From contig CAZLMG010000003.1 in NCBI GenBank assembly GCA_964560765.1, positions 41,705 through 105,704 on the forward strand: a DNA stretch of 64,000 bases, in the 5' to 3' direction. Below the pieces are notes generated by a model. That model ran no database searches and was not told where the DNA came from. It saw only the letters and a list, made by a program, of their open reading frames with translations. Below are positions 49,373 through 59,056 of this stretch, piece after piece. Every line of letters begins with the position of its first letter. Position 1 is the first letter of the stretch. This DNA is from an uncultured Oligoflexales bacterium (GTDB lineage Bacteria > Bdellovibrionota_B > Oligoflexia > Oligoflexales > CAZLMG01). The position numbers and the translations under genes were made by a program.

Positions 49373-49814
49373 AAGCTACCTCCGACGCCGTGCGACACAC
49401 AGGCAACTCCGAAATCGCATGTCCATCTCCTAGCAATTTCCGGTGCTCCTTTCGCCCTGGATTAGCGGCGCGCAAACGCAGAATCTCTCCCAGTCGCCGA
49501 AACTCTGCCAAGAGCAAGACCTGAGGCTCCTTAGCGAAGATACGCATCGGAAAGTGAAATAGTCGACACGGACCACGCGCCTGACTCTCTTCGTCCTCAA
49601 TCGTGACCACCCACGCCTTGCCGGCTACGCGCAGATTCGACGAGCTACGAATTCCCAAGGCGTCGGCAGGTATCATCACTTGGGACTTGGGGATGGCAAT
49701 CTCCGCAATCTCCACCGTTGATCCCGCCTGTACGATTCCGATGCCAAACAGCAGAAACAGTACATGTGATACGAGGGGGGGCCAGTGCCAAAGTTGCAAT
49801 TTTCTCATGGGCAT
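49362..49814 (-). CDS. Small N-anchored/secreted hypothetical protein
   Basis: ATG at 49814 or 49808 (the latter forms ATGA with the upstream stop). N-terminal hydrophobic segment WPPLVSHVLFLLFGIGIVQAG. It overlaps the next gene's start by 11 nt. Confidence 0.45.
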   Translation of the reverse strand: MPMRKLQLWHWPPLVSHVLFLLFGIGIVQAGSTVEIAEIAIPKSQVMIPADALGIRSSSNLRVAGKAWVVTIEDEESQARGPCRLFHFPMRIFAKEPQVLLLAEFRRLGEILRLRAANPGRKEHRKLLGDGHAISELPVCRTASEVAYEE

Positions 49815-50113
49815 CTTCCTTGATCGATCGGCATTCGTCCGACCTGCGTGATGAGTATGCATAAAGCCTGGGGCCAATGACTCCGATGCTGACCAGGTGC
49901 GGCATGATCAAGGCGCGGCGGCCAGGTCAAGGACTCTGCGCCTAGCCAAACTGGTACCTCGGATGCTAACGATGTACGCCAATCTACTGCACGCAGCTGC
50001 GATGGCTCTTCAAACCACGACCAGGAATTCCGTTGCCATCGGCCCAGCTCCAAGCGCATGCTGAGGGTAGCCACCCAAGTGAACATGCCTATGATCAGCG
50101 CCGCATATCCCAT
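49805..50113 (-). CDS. Small N-anchored hypothetical protein (TadG-like N-terminal helix?)
   Basis: AGGGGAG lies 5 nt before the ATG at 50113 (MGYAALIIGMFTWVATLSMRLELGRW). The ORF-track TTG at 50155 would add MAKLARTRLRRGAI. Confidence 0.45.
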   Translation of the reverse strand: MGYAALIIGMFTWVATLSMRLELGRWQRNSWSWFEEPSQLRAVDWRTSLASEVPVWLGAESLTWPPRLDHAAPGQHRSHWPQALCILITQVGRMPIDQGRCP

Positions 50114-50496
50114 GATGGCTCCCCTTCGCAGGCGCGTACGCGCCAGTTTGGCCAATTCCGACCAAAGCGCGGATTCACTTGCCGATATGGCTCAAAGCAA
50201 GACTGAAAGCTCTGCCCGACACAGGTCGCCAATTGCACGTCGACAGCCGTATGCAACTCGCCACGAGCTTCTTCAATTTGCGCCGAGAAGTCCGGATACA
50301 TCTCCGCCAATACATTGGCTGCATCCTGCACATTTCCCGAAGCAGCCTCCCATTCGGCACACCCGCGAGCGTCGTATTCGTCGATCCACGCTGATCGCAA
50401 CATCTCCGAAGTTTCCTCCCACCCGCCCAATACCTGCATGGAAAGCACAAACGCGACAACGAGCATGGTCATTTCAGTTAAGGCGCTAACAATCAT
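50095..50496 (-). CDS. Small N-anchored hypothetical protein (TadE-like N-terminal helix?)
   Basis: The Met at 50496 gives MIVSALTEMTMLVVAFVLSMQVLGGWEE and avoids the 86-nt overlap with the upstream gene implied by the ORF-track start. No clear SD motif. Confidence 0.4.
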   Translation of the reverse strand: MIVSALTEMTMLVVAFVLSMQVLGGWEETSEMLRSAWIDEYDARGCAEWEAASGNVQDAANVLAEMYPDFSAQIEEARGELHTAVDVQLATCVGQSFQSCFEPYRQVNPRFGRNWPNWRVRACEGEPSWDMRR

Positions 50497-50545
50497 GAGG
50501 GAGAACTTAGGTGGGTGAACGAATGTCGGCCAGTGACATCGCGCA

Positions 50546-52933
50546 CTAAAGGGAAATGGATAGGCCAGCACCGTATTGCTTGCGCACAAAGTCCGAACCG
50601 GATGTACCCTGCCAAGCTTCACGCACGGCAAAAATCTCGCCGGTGAATGAGAGATTCAATCGGTAATTCCACTGCCATCGATGTTGTAGCCAATCGCCCA
50701 AGAAACTAGTGTCTTTAAGCCACCTCTCGGCCGATGCTGTCCATGAAAGTTGGGACTGCGATGTCGTATCAACTCGAAGCCTTGCCACCACAGATTCAGC
50801 TCGCTGCTCGTCACCCTCGGCGGGTTGCAGCACTCGATAGCCATATTCAACGCGGAGTTGGCCCATATGATTGGCCCAGGCCACTCCTCCAAGTCGTGCA
50901 CCTTGCTCCACCCCCGAGTTATCCGCCAACGCGCGGCCAACTGGCCCCAACGCAGAGATGCCCTCGTGGTGCCGGGGGCGCAGGTCACGCCATTGCCAAC
51001 GATGCAGAACCAATTCTGGCGTCAACTCCCAAAGAAATGACCTCAGGCCAACGTCACCTCCGAATCGCTCCAGCACCCGCACATCATCCTGTAGCCAAGC
51101 TCCGGCACGCACGCCCGCATAGATCTCGGCCATCGGCGCAGCATCCTTCTCGCCAAATACGAGCGCTCCCTCGATGTGCAGCCCATGCGCAGTCTCCGAT
51201 CGCGTATCGACGATACCTTCGCGAAACTCGCGCCTCTGCAATGAATAGGTGCCTTGCGCATTGACGCCGTTGCCCTTGCTCCAGCGCAGCTGACCTTGTC
51301 CGTCCCACTGCATCACAGCCGCATGGGCCTCGGGCTGGCGCCCTTCGTTGGCAGTGCTACGCCCATAACGCGGTAGAGGCTGCGAATCCCGCATTCCGCG
51401 CAAGGAAAAATCCAGCCGCAGACGCTTCTTCTCCTGAATCGTCTCCATAAACATACGAGCAGATCTTCCCATATCACTATCATAGGCAAGCGATGCGGCC
51501 AGTGAAAGGTGGTGGCTCGCCGATGCGGGCAATCCCTGACGAGAAAATGCCACGCCGCGATAATAGGCCACGAGCGCTTGGTCTGGTGCGTCGCGCGTTG
51601 CTGCCTCTGCCAACCACTGCTGCGCCAATTCCCATTGTTCGAGGCGCATGTACATCACACCCAATTCAAAGGGGGCTTGAAAATCGTCTATTGCCAGCTC
51701 CGAAGCGCGCTCGTAGGCACGACGCGCTCCATCAAAGGCAAAAACTCCTGCCCGAATGCGAGCCAACTCAAGCCAGTCTTGAAATGTGTTCGGCTCTTTT
51801 CCGTGCGTGCTCGCCCAAGCCGCACAACGATCGAAATCACCTTGCCCTGCCTTTTGCCCACCCACAGTCGCAAAACTCTCGCGAATCGCGATGGAGTTGA
51901 CGCACTCACTGTCCTGGAATCCAGGGGTCGTCATGGCGACGACTTCTGCCATGCGGCGCACATCAGGCGACTCTGGAGTCGCCACATCACTCCCTGTCAC
52001 CAGCTCCACCGTCACGCCAGCGGGAATGACGATAGCCCGGGGCTGATACGCCTCAAATTGAGTCATCTCTCCCAAACTAAAGATTATCCGAACTTCACCC
52101 TGCAGAACCGTGATGACGGCGCGCCGATACTCGTCGTGCTCTGCCAATTCCAAAACCATATCGGCATGTGGCCCAAGATCGATGTTGAGCCAACTTCCCA
52201 CCGTCAGGACCACTCGGCTGAAATCGTCGACAAAGTTTCGTGTACGCAAACCGCCTGCAAGCAGCCGAATCACGCGGCGTCCAGAGTCCGTCGTCGCTAA
52301 AACACTAACGCTTTGCGGCAAGAAGTAGGTGGTATCGATTTGCGGCATGCTGACCATGCCAACTTCACTCGCGCCCAGGCGAACTGTCTCTTGCCAAAGA
52401 ACGGGCACGGGCGACTGTGTCGCCACGATCGGCTGTTCGCCACGCTGGATGAGCATGCTGCCGCGAAGGGCGCGCGCCTGCATGACTTGTGTCGATTCGC
52501 GCTCCTCGGGTCGCGATGCTGCTAATGCGGGCTCTACCCTTGCCGGTTGATAGCCAGCAGGTGGCGATAAAACTGTGATCGTCCAAGACAGCGACTCGGT
52601 GCCACGGGCCGTCGTAACTGTGGCAAAGATTTGGTGACGACCAGGAAACCAGGCTTCACTACTCAGAATACAGGTGGCGGCTGCACAAACTACCTGCCCG
52701 GCATCAAACCATTGAACCGCTGCTGGAGACTCTATTGCCTGCACGTGCAACTCGACGGTGTCTCCACGCACGATTGTAAAACTGGTTTGTGATCGCTGGG
52801 AAATGATCTCCGGGCGCGTCGATGGCGCTGCTTCGGCAGAGCTTGCCTGCAACGCTCGGAGCAGCACGGTCAAAAGTATTGCCGCGCTGATGATGAGACA
52901 CCGCCATGGCGCAGCGGAATTGCACCCAGTCAA
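50546..52933 (-). CDS. Secreted multidomain protein: Ig-like + FecR-like + TPR + C-terminal outer-membrane beta-barrel-like region
   Basis: The TTG at 52933 is preceded by GAGGTG (7 nt). Signal peptide is LIISAAILLTVLLRALQASSA. TPR-like helices: YERASELAIDDFQAPFELGVMYMRLEQWELAQQWLAEA. The last ~330 aa show alternating-hydrophobic strands (LRVEYGYRVL, WQWNYRLNLSFTGEIFAV, YGAGLSISL). Confidence 0.6.
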   Translation of the reverse strand: MTGCNSAAPWRCLIISAAILLTVLLRALQASSAEAAPSTRPEIISQRSQTSFTIVRGDTVELHVQAIESPAAVQWFDAGQVVCAAATCILSSEAWFPGRHQIFATVTTARGTESLSWTITVLSPPAGYQPARVEPALAASRPEERESTQVMQARALRGSMLIQRGEQPIVATQSPVPVLWQETVRLGASEVGMVSMPQIDTTYFLPQSVSVLATTDSGRRVIRLLAGGLRTRNFVDDFSRVVLTVGSWLNIDLGPHADMVLELAEHDEYRRAVITVLQGEVRIIFSLGEMTQFEAYQPRAIVIPAGVTVELVTGSDVATPESPDVRRMAEVVAMTTPGFQDSECVNSIAIRESFATVGGQKAGQGDFDRCAAWASTHGKEPNTFQDWLELARIRAGVFAFDGARRAYERASELAIDDFQAPFELGVMYMRLEQWELAQQWLAEAATRDAPDQALVAYYRGVAFSRQGLPASASHHLSLAASLAYDSDMGRSARMFMETIQEKKRLRLDFSLRGMRDSQPLPRYGRSTANEGRQPEAHAAVMQWDGQGQLRWSKGNGVNAQGTYSLQRREFREGIVDTRSETAHGLHIEGALVFGEKDAAPMAEIYAGVRAGAWLQDDVRVLERFGGDVGLRSFLWELTPELVLHRWQWRDLRPRHHEGISALGPVGRALADNSGVEQGARLGGVAWANHMGQLRVEYGYRVLQPAEGDEQRAESVVARLRVDTTSQSQLSWTASAERWLKDTSFLGDWLQHRWQWNYRLNLSFTGEIFAVREAWQGTSGSDFVRKQYGAGLSISL

Positions 52934-52957
52934 AAGTGCACCTCGCGATTCGCAAAG

Positions 52958-53452
52958 TTATCTTTTGAATTTTTCGGCTAATTTATCGGCTACTAAAGGT
53001 GGGACAAGGGTTCGAACAGAGCCTCCGTAGCTCGCCACCTCGCGTACCAGGCTGGAGGAGACATAGCAATAGGCCTCTGTTGTTGGCAAAAACACCACTT
53101 CTATATCGTTGGCCAAATGCCGATTCATCTGCGCCATGGGCATTTCAAAAGAGAAGTCGGCCTCCGAACGCAAGCCACGCACGATGCAGCAAGCACCCTG
53201 CTGACGAGCGAATTCAACGACCAATCCCGTGAATGCCAGCACGGTCACATTCTTACACTCATGAGCAATCGTGCGGATAATTTCCAGGCGTTCTTCAACA
53301 GAAAATACCGGCGGTTTGTTCGAGTTGACTCCCACTCCGACGATCACGCGATCGAAAAGCTTGGCGGCACGAGTCAACACGTCCAAATGCCCGAGCGTCA
53401 TTGGATCGAAGCTGCCTGCATAAACCGCGATTTTAGACTGAGGCATGAACAA
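52958..53452 (-). CDS. coaD: Phosphopantetheine adenylyltransferase
   Basis: IAVYAGSFDPMTLGHLDVLTRA (T/HxGH), ISSSLVRE-like VSSSLVREV. Confidence 0.92.
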   Translation of the reverse strand: MFMPQSKIAVYAGSFDPMTLGHLDVLTRAAKLFDRVIVGVGVNSNKPPVFSVEERLEIIRTIAHECKNVTVLAFTGLVVEFARQQGACCIVRGLRSEADFSFEMPMAQMNRHLANDIEVVFLPTTEAYCYVSSSLVREVASYGGSVRTLVPPLVADKLAEKFKR

Positions 53453-53475
53453 CTCCCTTCCCGCTGGCTATTGAC

Positions 53476-54075
53476 TCACGCTTGATCGGCATGCGCGCGC
53501 TGCCAAATCGTTACCGTGGTCTGACCATAACTACGATCACGATAGCAGTCCCACCCAGCATCAGCAAACGCCTTTATCACCGCATCCCGATCTGCTTGGC
53601 GACACTCGATGACGGCAACGCCCGCCGGCGCCAACCACAGCCTCCAAGCCCGCGCCCAATGCAATGCTTCTGCCGCGACAACATCATAGGGCGCATCCGC
53701 CCAAATGACATCAAACGGAGCGACTTTAACAACACTCGGTCCGGCATCGCGCACACTGCACCGCAACACTGTGGCTTGACATACCGTCTCGGCCTGCGCC
53801 GCTCGTCGCTGCAACTCGCGAACATTGCCTTCGAGACAACGCAAAGCTTCCCGCTCGTTCTCGACGAACACACAGCTCGCTGCCCCGCGCGAGAGAAACT
53901 CGATGCCGATGGCCCCAGATCCGGCATAAAGGTCCAACACGCGCGCATCCACCACCCAATTTTGTAGAGCATTGAGTACGGCCTGCCTTACTTTGACAGC
54001 CGTCGGACGCGTGAGTCCGGTCTTCGGAGCCTGTAGCTTCATGCCCTTCGCCCAGCCGCTGGCGACTCCCTGCAT
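53476..54075 (-). CDS. rsmD: 16S rRNA (guanine966-N2)-methyltransferase RsmD
   Basis: LTRPTAVKVRQAVLNAL, VLDLYAGSGAIGIEFLSRGA, WADAPY (DPPY-type). GGGAG lies 5 nt before the ATG at 54075. TATAAT (minus strand, 54115-54120) lies upstream. The ORF-track start is 54156. Confidence 0.85.
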   Translation of the reverse strand: MQGVASGWAKGMKLQAPKTGLTRPTAVKVRQAVLNALQNWVVDARVLDLYAGSGAIGIEFLSRGAASCVFVENEREALRCLEGNVRELQRRAAQAETVCQATVLRCSVRDAGPSVVKVAPFDVIWADAPYDVVAAEALHWARAWRLWLAPAGVAVIECRQADRDAVIKAFADAGWDCYRDRSYGQTTVTIWQRAHADQA

Positions 54076-54266
54076 GACTGCTCCCAAGTGCCCACCCTCC
54101 ATCAAGATTTCGCCATTATAAGCGAGCGATCGGACATAGCTAGACTTATCAGGCATTTAGCCACGCGCAGAGGGATGCTTTTTTACTTGTAAATTTCTGT
54201 GGAAACCATAATTTCAGGGGCGTTTTTCGCAAAGGCACCTTTCACCACCTTTAAGGGGGCAAGTCG

Positions 54267-56177
54267 TTGAATATTCGACAAATTCAGGAAGCCCGTGAAC
54301 TCTACGGAATTGACGATTGGGGCGCAGGCTATTTTGGTATCGACGACGAGGGGCATGTCGTTTGTCACCCAACGGGCGAAGAGCACCTTTCCGTTTCCCT
54401 CCCCGAAGTCATCGAAGAAGCAAAGAAACAAGGCATCATCGCCCCGTTGATTTTGCGCTTTCCACAGGCCATTGAAACGCAGATTGAGCGTATGCACACG
54501 GCATTCCGTAACTCGATTCGCGAATTCAGCTTTCGAGGGCAGCATCGTGGCGTCTTTCCATTCAAAGTAAATCAACGCCGCGAATTCATCGATAATGTCG
54601 TCCAGTGCGGCATCAAAATGAATTACGGACTCGAAGTTGGCTCCAAGACAGAATTTATCGCGTCATTGAGCTATCCCCTGACGAATCAATCGCTTCTAGT
54701 TTGCAACGGCTTCAAAGACCGTGAGTTTATCGACATCGGCTTTGTGGCAACAGCCATGGGCAAGAACGTTATCCTGGTCATTGAAGGCCCCGAAGAGCTT
54801 GACATCATCATCCAACAGGCGAAGTTGCATGGCGGCATTTGCCCCGAGATCGGTATTCGTGCGCGTCTCTATAGCCGCGGTGCCGGCAAGTGGGAAAAAT
54901 CCTCGGGTGAAAACTCCAAGTTTGGCCTGACAACGAGCGAAGTGCTGCGCACCTTACGCATGTTGGACGAAGCTGGTCTGAAAGATCGCTTGTCCATGCT
55001 GCACTTTCACTTGGGCTCGCAGATTACCGAGATTAAGCGCATGAAAAACGCCATCAAAGAGGCGTCGCGCGTGTACAGCAAAATCAGTAAAATGGGCTAT
55101 ACCCCCAAATACTTGAACATCGGTGGCGGTATCGGCGTCGATTATGATGGCAGTAAAACGTCGTTTTCTTCTAGCGCCAACTACACCCTGCAAGAATTTG
55201 CCAACGACGTTGTCTATACGATCGGCGAAGTCTGCGATAACGAGGAAGTGCCGCACCCAAATATCGTCACCGAAAGTGGACGCGTAATCGCCGCCTACCA
55301 CTCGATCGTGGTGACGAATATTCGCGAAGTGCAAGCCGCTGACACGGAGCCGGAAGTCGACGTCCCCGACGTCATTGCCGAGCATGAACACCTGAAGGCT
55401 CTTGTTGAGCTCAAGTACATCATGGAAAACGTCAGCCGAAAGAACTACGCCGAGTACTATCACGATGCCATCGAGTATTACGAAGAGTTGTTCACGCTGT
55501 TCAACCTGGGTTACCTGACCCTAGAAGAACGCGCTATGGGCGAGGAGATCTTTCACCGGATCTGTCGCAAGGCCCTGTACTTTTCGTCGTTCGAGCGGCA
55601 CCAGCCCGAAGAGTTCGACGACCTGCAGCAGGCGATGGTGACCAAGTACCTGGCGAACTTCTCCATCTTCCAGTCCATTCCTGATGCTTGGTCCATCGAC
55701 CAGTTGTTCCCAGTAATGCCGATTTCCCATCATGATCAGAAGCCAACGCACAAGGCCAAGATCGTCGATATCACCTGTGACTCAGATGGCTGCTTGGATA
55801 AGTTCGTGGATCGTCGCGATGTGCGCAGCGTCCTCGACCTGCACACTCCTGGCGACGAACCGTACTATCTCGGATTCTTCCTGGTAGGCGCTTACCAGGA
55901 GAGCTTGGCGAACGAACACAACTTGTTCGGCGCCATCAATGAGGCAGAAATTCAGATTGATGACGAAGGCGATTGGCAGATCACAAAAGTCACGACCGGT
56001 GACCCGGTCGACGAACTACTTGCCAGCCGCAATTACGACATCCCTGAGTTGATCGAGAGCTTTCGGACCCAGTTCCGCAAGGCGCAAGATGCAGGCCGCT
56101 TAAGCGAGGGCGATGCTTCGGCTCTCTTTGAGCGACTCAGTACCTATGTGAAAACGTATCCCTACCTTAAAGAGTGA
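54267..56177 (+). CDS. speA: Biosynthetic arginine decarboxylase
   Basis: YGIDDWGAGYFGIDDEGHVVCHP, FPFKVNQ (PLP Lys), LNIGGGIGVDY, ESGRVIAAYHS. AAGGGGG lies 7 nt before the TTG start. Confidence 0.92.
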   Translation: MNIRQIQEARELYGIDDWGAGYFGIDDEGHVVCHPTGEEHLSVSLPEVIEEAKKQGIIAPLILRFPQAIETQIERMHTAFRNSIREFSFRGQHRGVFPFKVNQRREFIDNVVQCGIKMNYGLEVGSKTEFIASLSYPLTNQSLLVCNGFKDREFIDIGFVATAMGKNVILVIEGPEELDIIIQQAKLHGGICPEIGIRARLYSRGAGKWEKSSGENSKFGLTTSEVLRTLRMLDEAGLKDRLSMLHFHLGSQITEIKRMKNAIKEASRVYSKISKMGYTPKYLNIGGGIGVDYDGSKTSFSSSANYTLQEFANDVVYTIGEVCDNEEVPHPNIVTESGRVIAAYHSIVVTNIREVQAADTEPEVDVPDVIAEHEHLKALVELKYIMENVSRKNYAEYYHDAIEYYEELFTLFNLGYLTLEERAMGEEIFHRICRKALYFSSFERHQPEEFDDLQQAMVTKYLANFSIFQSIPDAWSIDQLFPVMPISHHDQKPTHKAKIVDITCDSDGCLDKFVDRRDVRSVLDLHTPGDEPYYLGFFLVGAYQESLANEHNLFGAINEAEIQIDDEGDWQITKVTTGDPVDELLASRNYDIPELIESFRTQFRKAQDAGRLSEGDASALFERLSTYVKTYPYLKE

Positions 56178-56184
56178 TTATGTG

Positions 56185-56227
56185 ACCCGCAGCCCTGCGC
56201 CCCGAGAGGGGTCGTTCGGCTGCGGGT
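56185..56227 (+). terminator. Hairpin downstream of speA
   Basis: Perfect 10-bp stem ACCCGCAGCC / GGCTGCGGGT begins 8 nt after the stop. A short second hairpin (ATGCA/TGCAT) is followed by TTTTTCTC. Confidence 0.5.
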
Positions 56228-56452
56228 AATGCACTCGACTTTGCATTTTTTCTCAGAAATCTCAGCATGTTTTCGCTGGCGACCACATGAAATCTGCACC
56301 GCTGTCGCCGTGCTGAATTCTGACGAGGGCTAACCTCGGAACTTCACACCATGAGAACCGGCAGCACCGCCTTTCTTGGGGACATTTCAGGGCCCTGTTC
56401 ACCACCACGGCATTTTCACCCAGGACAAAGTTAGCAGTTTTTTCCGGTAGCT

Positions 56453-56815
56453 GTGCATGAACTAGTGATCGATGCTTCGATTGACCGGGCTCTTGGTGCG
56501 CACCTAGCGGCAGACTACCAAGAAAAATTCATTGCCGAGCAAGCCCGTAAAACAGGCAAGGCGCCGACCGCCATTGCCCGCTACCTCGACTACGTGGCCA
56601 AAAACTATTCATCGAAGTTTGAAAAGACGGTTACGGATGCTCTAAAGCTTGAATCGGCGGCGGTTAGCACCCCGACGTCCGGGGCCAATGGCTTCAATCT
56701 CGTCAATCGCGATATCAGCATAATGGCCACTCGCATCAGCCTACCTCACGGCCAGCGTGTACGGCTGCCGCTGAACGACCTGCGTAGCATCGTCCAAGCT
56801 GATGATTTAGTTTGA
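56453..56815 (+). CDS. Hypothetical protein (120 aa)
   Basis: First in-frame start (GTG) after a TAG at 56432. The composition is balanced. No RBS or family recognised. Confidence 0.35.
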   Translation: MHELVIDASIDRALGAHLAADYQEKFIAEQARKTGKAPTAIARYLDYVAKNYSSKFEKTVTDALKLESAAVSTPTSGANGFNLVNRDISIMATRISLPHGQRVRLPLNDLRSIVQADDLV

Positions 56816-56856
56816 GCTGCGGGCAATTGGCCCGCGGCCATCTCGCAGAAGTGTAC

Positions 56857-57318
56857 CTAGCCGCGGCGGGATTGCAGGAGCTTATTCAACTCGCCGGCAA
56901 ACTTCTTGACGTCCTGCGTATCAAAGCCGGACGGCCCTCCCATCAACTCGCCACCGCTGCGTAGTTCCTGGCGCAGGTTGCGCATGGCCAGAGCCTCCTT
57001 GACCGAGCTGGCATCGTAAATGCGGCCGCGCGGGTCGAGGGCGATAGCGCCTTTCGTGACGACTCGGTCGGCCAAGGGAATGTCGGCGGTGATAACGATA
57101 TCGTCGGCCTCGACGTGCTCGGCAATATGATTGTCGGCTGCATCAAAATCACCGGTAACACAAATGACTTGAACGTCAAAACCGGCGGGAGGATGCATGT
57201 ACCGGTTACCGACGACCTTGACCGGCACCTTGCTGCGCTTGCTGCCTTCAAATATCAACTCGCGGATGCGCCGCGGGCACGCATCGTTATCAATCCAAAT
57301 AAAACGGAAACCAGCCAC
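56857..57318 (-). CDS. yaiI: YaiI/YqxD (UPF0178, DUF188) family protein
   Basis: IWIDNDACPRRIRELI, DDIVITADIPLADRVVTKGAIALDPRGRIY, MGGPSGF. Confidence 0.8.
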   Translation of the reverse strand: MAGFRFIWIDNDACPRRIRELIFEGSKRSKVPVKVVGNRYMHPPAGFDVQVICVTGDFDAADNHIAEHVEADDIVITADIPLADRVVTKGAIALDPRGRIYDASSVKEALAMRNLRQELRSGGELMGGPSGFDTQDVKKFAGELNKLLQSRRG

Positions 57319-57338
57319 GGAAAGCGCTCCTTGCAGAT

Positions 57339-58019
57339 TTACTTACAGGCGGCTCGCTGCGCATACACAGGCGAGTTACCTTCAACAAAGGTCATCATAC
57401 CATTTCCAAGCGACTTGACGACGGTAGGATAGCCATGAACAACAGCAGCGATGGTAAAATTGGCACCACCCTGACTGATCCACAACCGATCGACCTGCTG
57501 GTCGGTACGCTCGATATCGATGAAAAAGGCAAAGGACTCGACACGGCGACGGAGCTCGGTGATTACCTCGCCATGGTCGTTTTCATCGAACAAAAAACGA
57601 ACTTGGTAATAGGCAGGCTCGATTTCCCGCGCCAAGAATAGGCCGGCTCCATCTGCGGTGCGGGGATTCAGCCCCTTCCAAGCCGCATACATTCCGACAT
57701 TGACGATACGACCACGCTGCTTGGACACGAGATCAGCCGCATTCACACTTAAGTAGGCATCCATCCAATTGCGATACACCGACTGTCGACTCCAGTGCCC
57801 CATGCCAAACGCATTCACATAAAATTCACAGTTGTTGGCATCGGCCGCGCTGCGAATGTTGTACTTGAGATTCGTGGCATAAAAGCTGCCATCGCCGGCC
57901 ACGAAATAGGCTTGCGGCTGATCCCCGTCGGCAATGGCCGAAGCATCAGAAGCAGTGAAATGGAACATGAGAAGCAACAGGGCAACAGCAGTGAAGCGCA
58001 TACAATTGAAATATAGCAT
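57339..58019 (-). CDS. Secreted hypothetical protein
   Basis: GAGGAA lies 6 nt before the ATG at 58019. Signal peptide is MRFTAVALLLLMFHFTASDASA. The gene ends 20 nt upstream of yaiI. Confidence 0.5.
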   Translation of the reverse strand: MLYFNCMRFTAVALLLLMFHFTASDASAIADGDQPQAYFVAGDGSFYATNLKYNIRSAADANNCEFYVNAFGMGHWSRQSVYRNWMDAYLSVNAADLVSKQRGRIVNVGMYAAWKGLNPRTADGAGLFLAREIEPAYYQVRFLFDENDHGEVITELRRRVESFAFFIDIERTDQQVDRLWISQGGANFTIAAVVHGYPTVVKSLGNGMMTFVEGNSPVYAQRAACK

Positions 58020-58183
58020 TTTGTTTCCTCGAGAATTGTGGCAAAAGCTGCAACCCCAACAAATTGCTGCAGCGCTGCCCGCGCGATTACTTGGATTTTC
58101 GGGAAAGAGCAAGGGTTGAGCCGGGGTTGGCGAGGCGATAGGCGTCTTGAGCTTGTTTCTGCAAATATTTCTGACGGGTTACC

Positions 58184-59023
58184 GTGAGCTGCGTCCATTG
58201 TAAAATTGAGGTAAATCTGATCCTACGTGGCTCCGTCGCACTCGCGTTGGCGATGAGCAACATCTGCTTTGCTGCGGATGAATCGGACGAAGTCGTCAGC
58301 GCAAACGTACCGATTGGCGTCATCACCACCCAGCCTGAGACCGCCGGCCACAGCCGGGTCATCTATCAACCGACCCCCCTTAGCATTTACGATCAACTCG
58401 GAATTTTTGGTGGCAATCTGGCTGTCGGACTGGGCGATAGGTTTGAAATTGGCACGGTGCCCCTAACATACGCAATTGAAAATTTTGTGAGTGCGGAGGA
58501 CTTTTGGAGCCTCAATATCTTCAGCAAGTGGCTCGCTTGGCAATCGGAGCGCTGGTCGATTGCGCCGGCCATTCTCTACCTGTACCAAAGCATGACTCTT
58601 GCTTACGAGGTTGATAGTGCGCCCACTCAGGAACGTTTTCGCGCAGAAAATTTTGACTTAGCGTTACTCATCGCTTGGAAGCTCCACGGTGATCGGGCCA
58701 CCGTCAATCTAGCAAAGACAGCACTATATACTCTCAACGGCAAGCCCTTAGTGGCATGGCAGAGCTTCATGGATGTCGAGGGCGAATACTTTCAGCGGAT
58801 CTCCGAGCGCTGGACGTTGCAGTACATGTTTTCGCGGCGGCAAGTGGTGCTTGGCGGCACCTATGAGGGCGGCATAGAGGAGGCTCTGCGTGCAAAATAC
58901 GGTGCCGGATTTGGACTTTCCTATGAGCGCCCCGGCGCGTTTTTCTCGCGACCGACATTAGGGGCCATATACTATCCGACGGTCAACTATTTCAATTGGG
59001 GATTTTCAACGACGTTTTACTGA
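58184..59023 (+). CDS. Putative outer-membrane beta-barrel protein
   Basis: Signal-like N-terminus LRGSVALALAMSNICFA. Amphipathic strands run throughout. The C-terminus NWGFSTTFY ends in an aromatic residue. Exact start uncertain. Confidence 0.45.
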   Translation: MSCVHCKIEVNLILRGSVALALAMSNICFAADESDEVVSANVPIGVITTQPETAGHSRVIYQPTPLSIYDQLGIFGGNLAVGLGDRFEIGTVPLTYAIENFVSAEDFWSLNIFSKWLAWQSERWSIAPAILYLYQSMTLAYEVDSAPTQERFRAENFDLALLIAWKLHGDRATVNLAKTALYTLNGKPLVAWQSFMDVEGEYFQRISERWTLQYMFSRRQVVLGGTYEGGIEEALRAKYGAGFGLSYERPGAFFSRPTLGAIYYPTVNYFNWGFSTTFY

Positions 59024-59056
59024 TAAGCTTCCGAAACATGCCGCACCCAGCACTCG

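Noticed and set aside
50734-52300. Two long plus-strand ORFs (50734..51264, 51509..52300) antisense to the 795-aa envelope protein gene
   Set aside because: Their composition is Arg/Pro/Ala/His-rich. They have no RBS and lie entirely inside a better-supported gene, so they are shadow ORFs.
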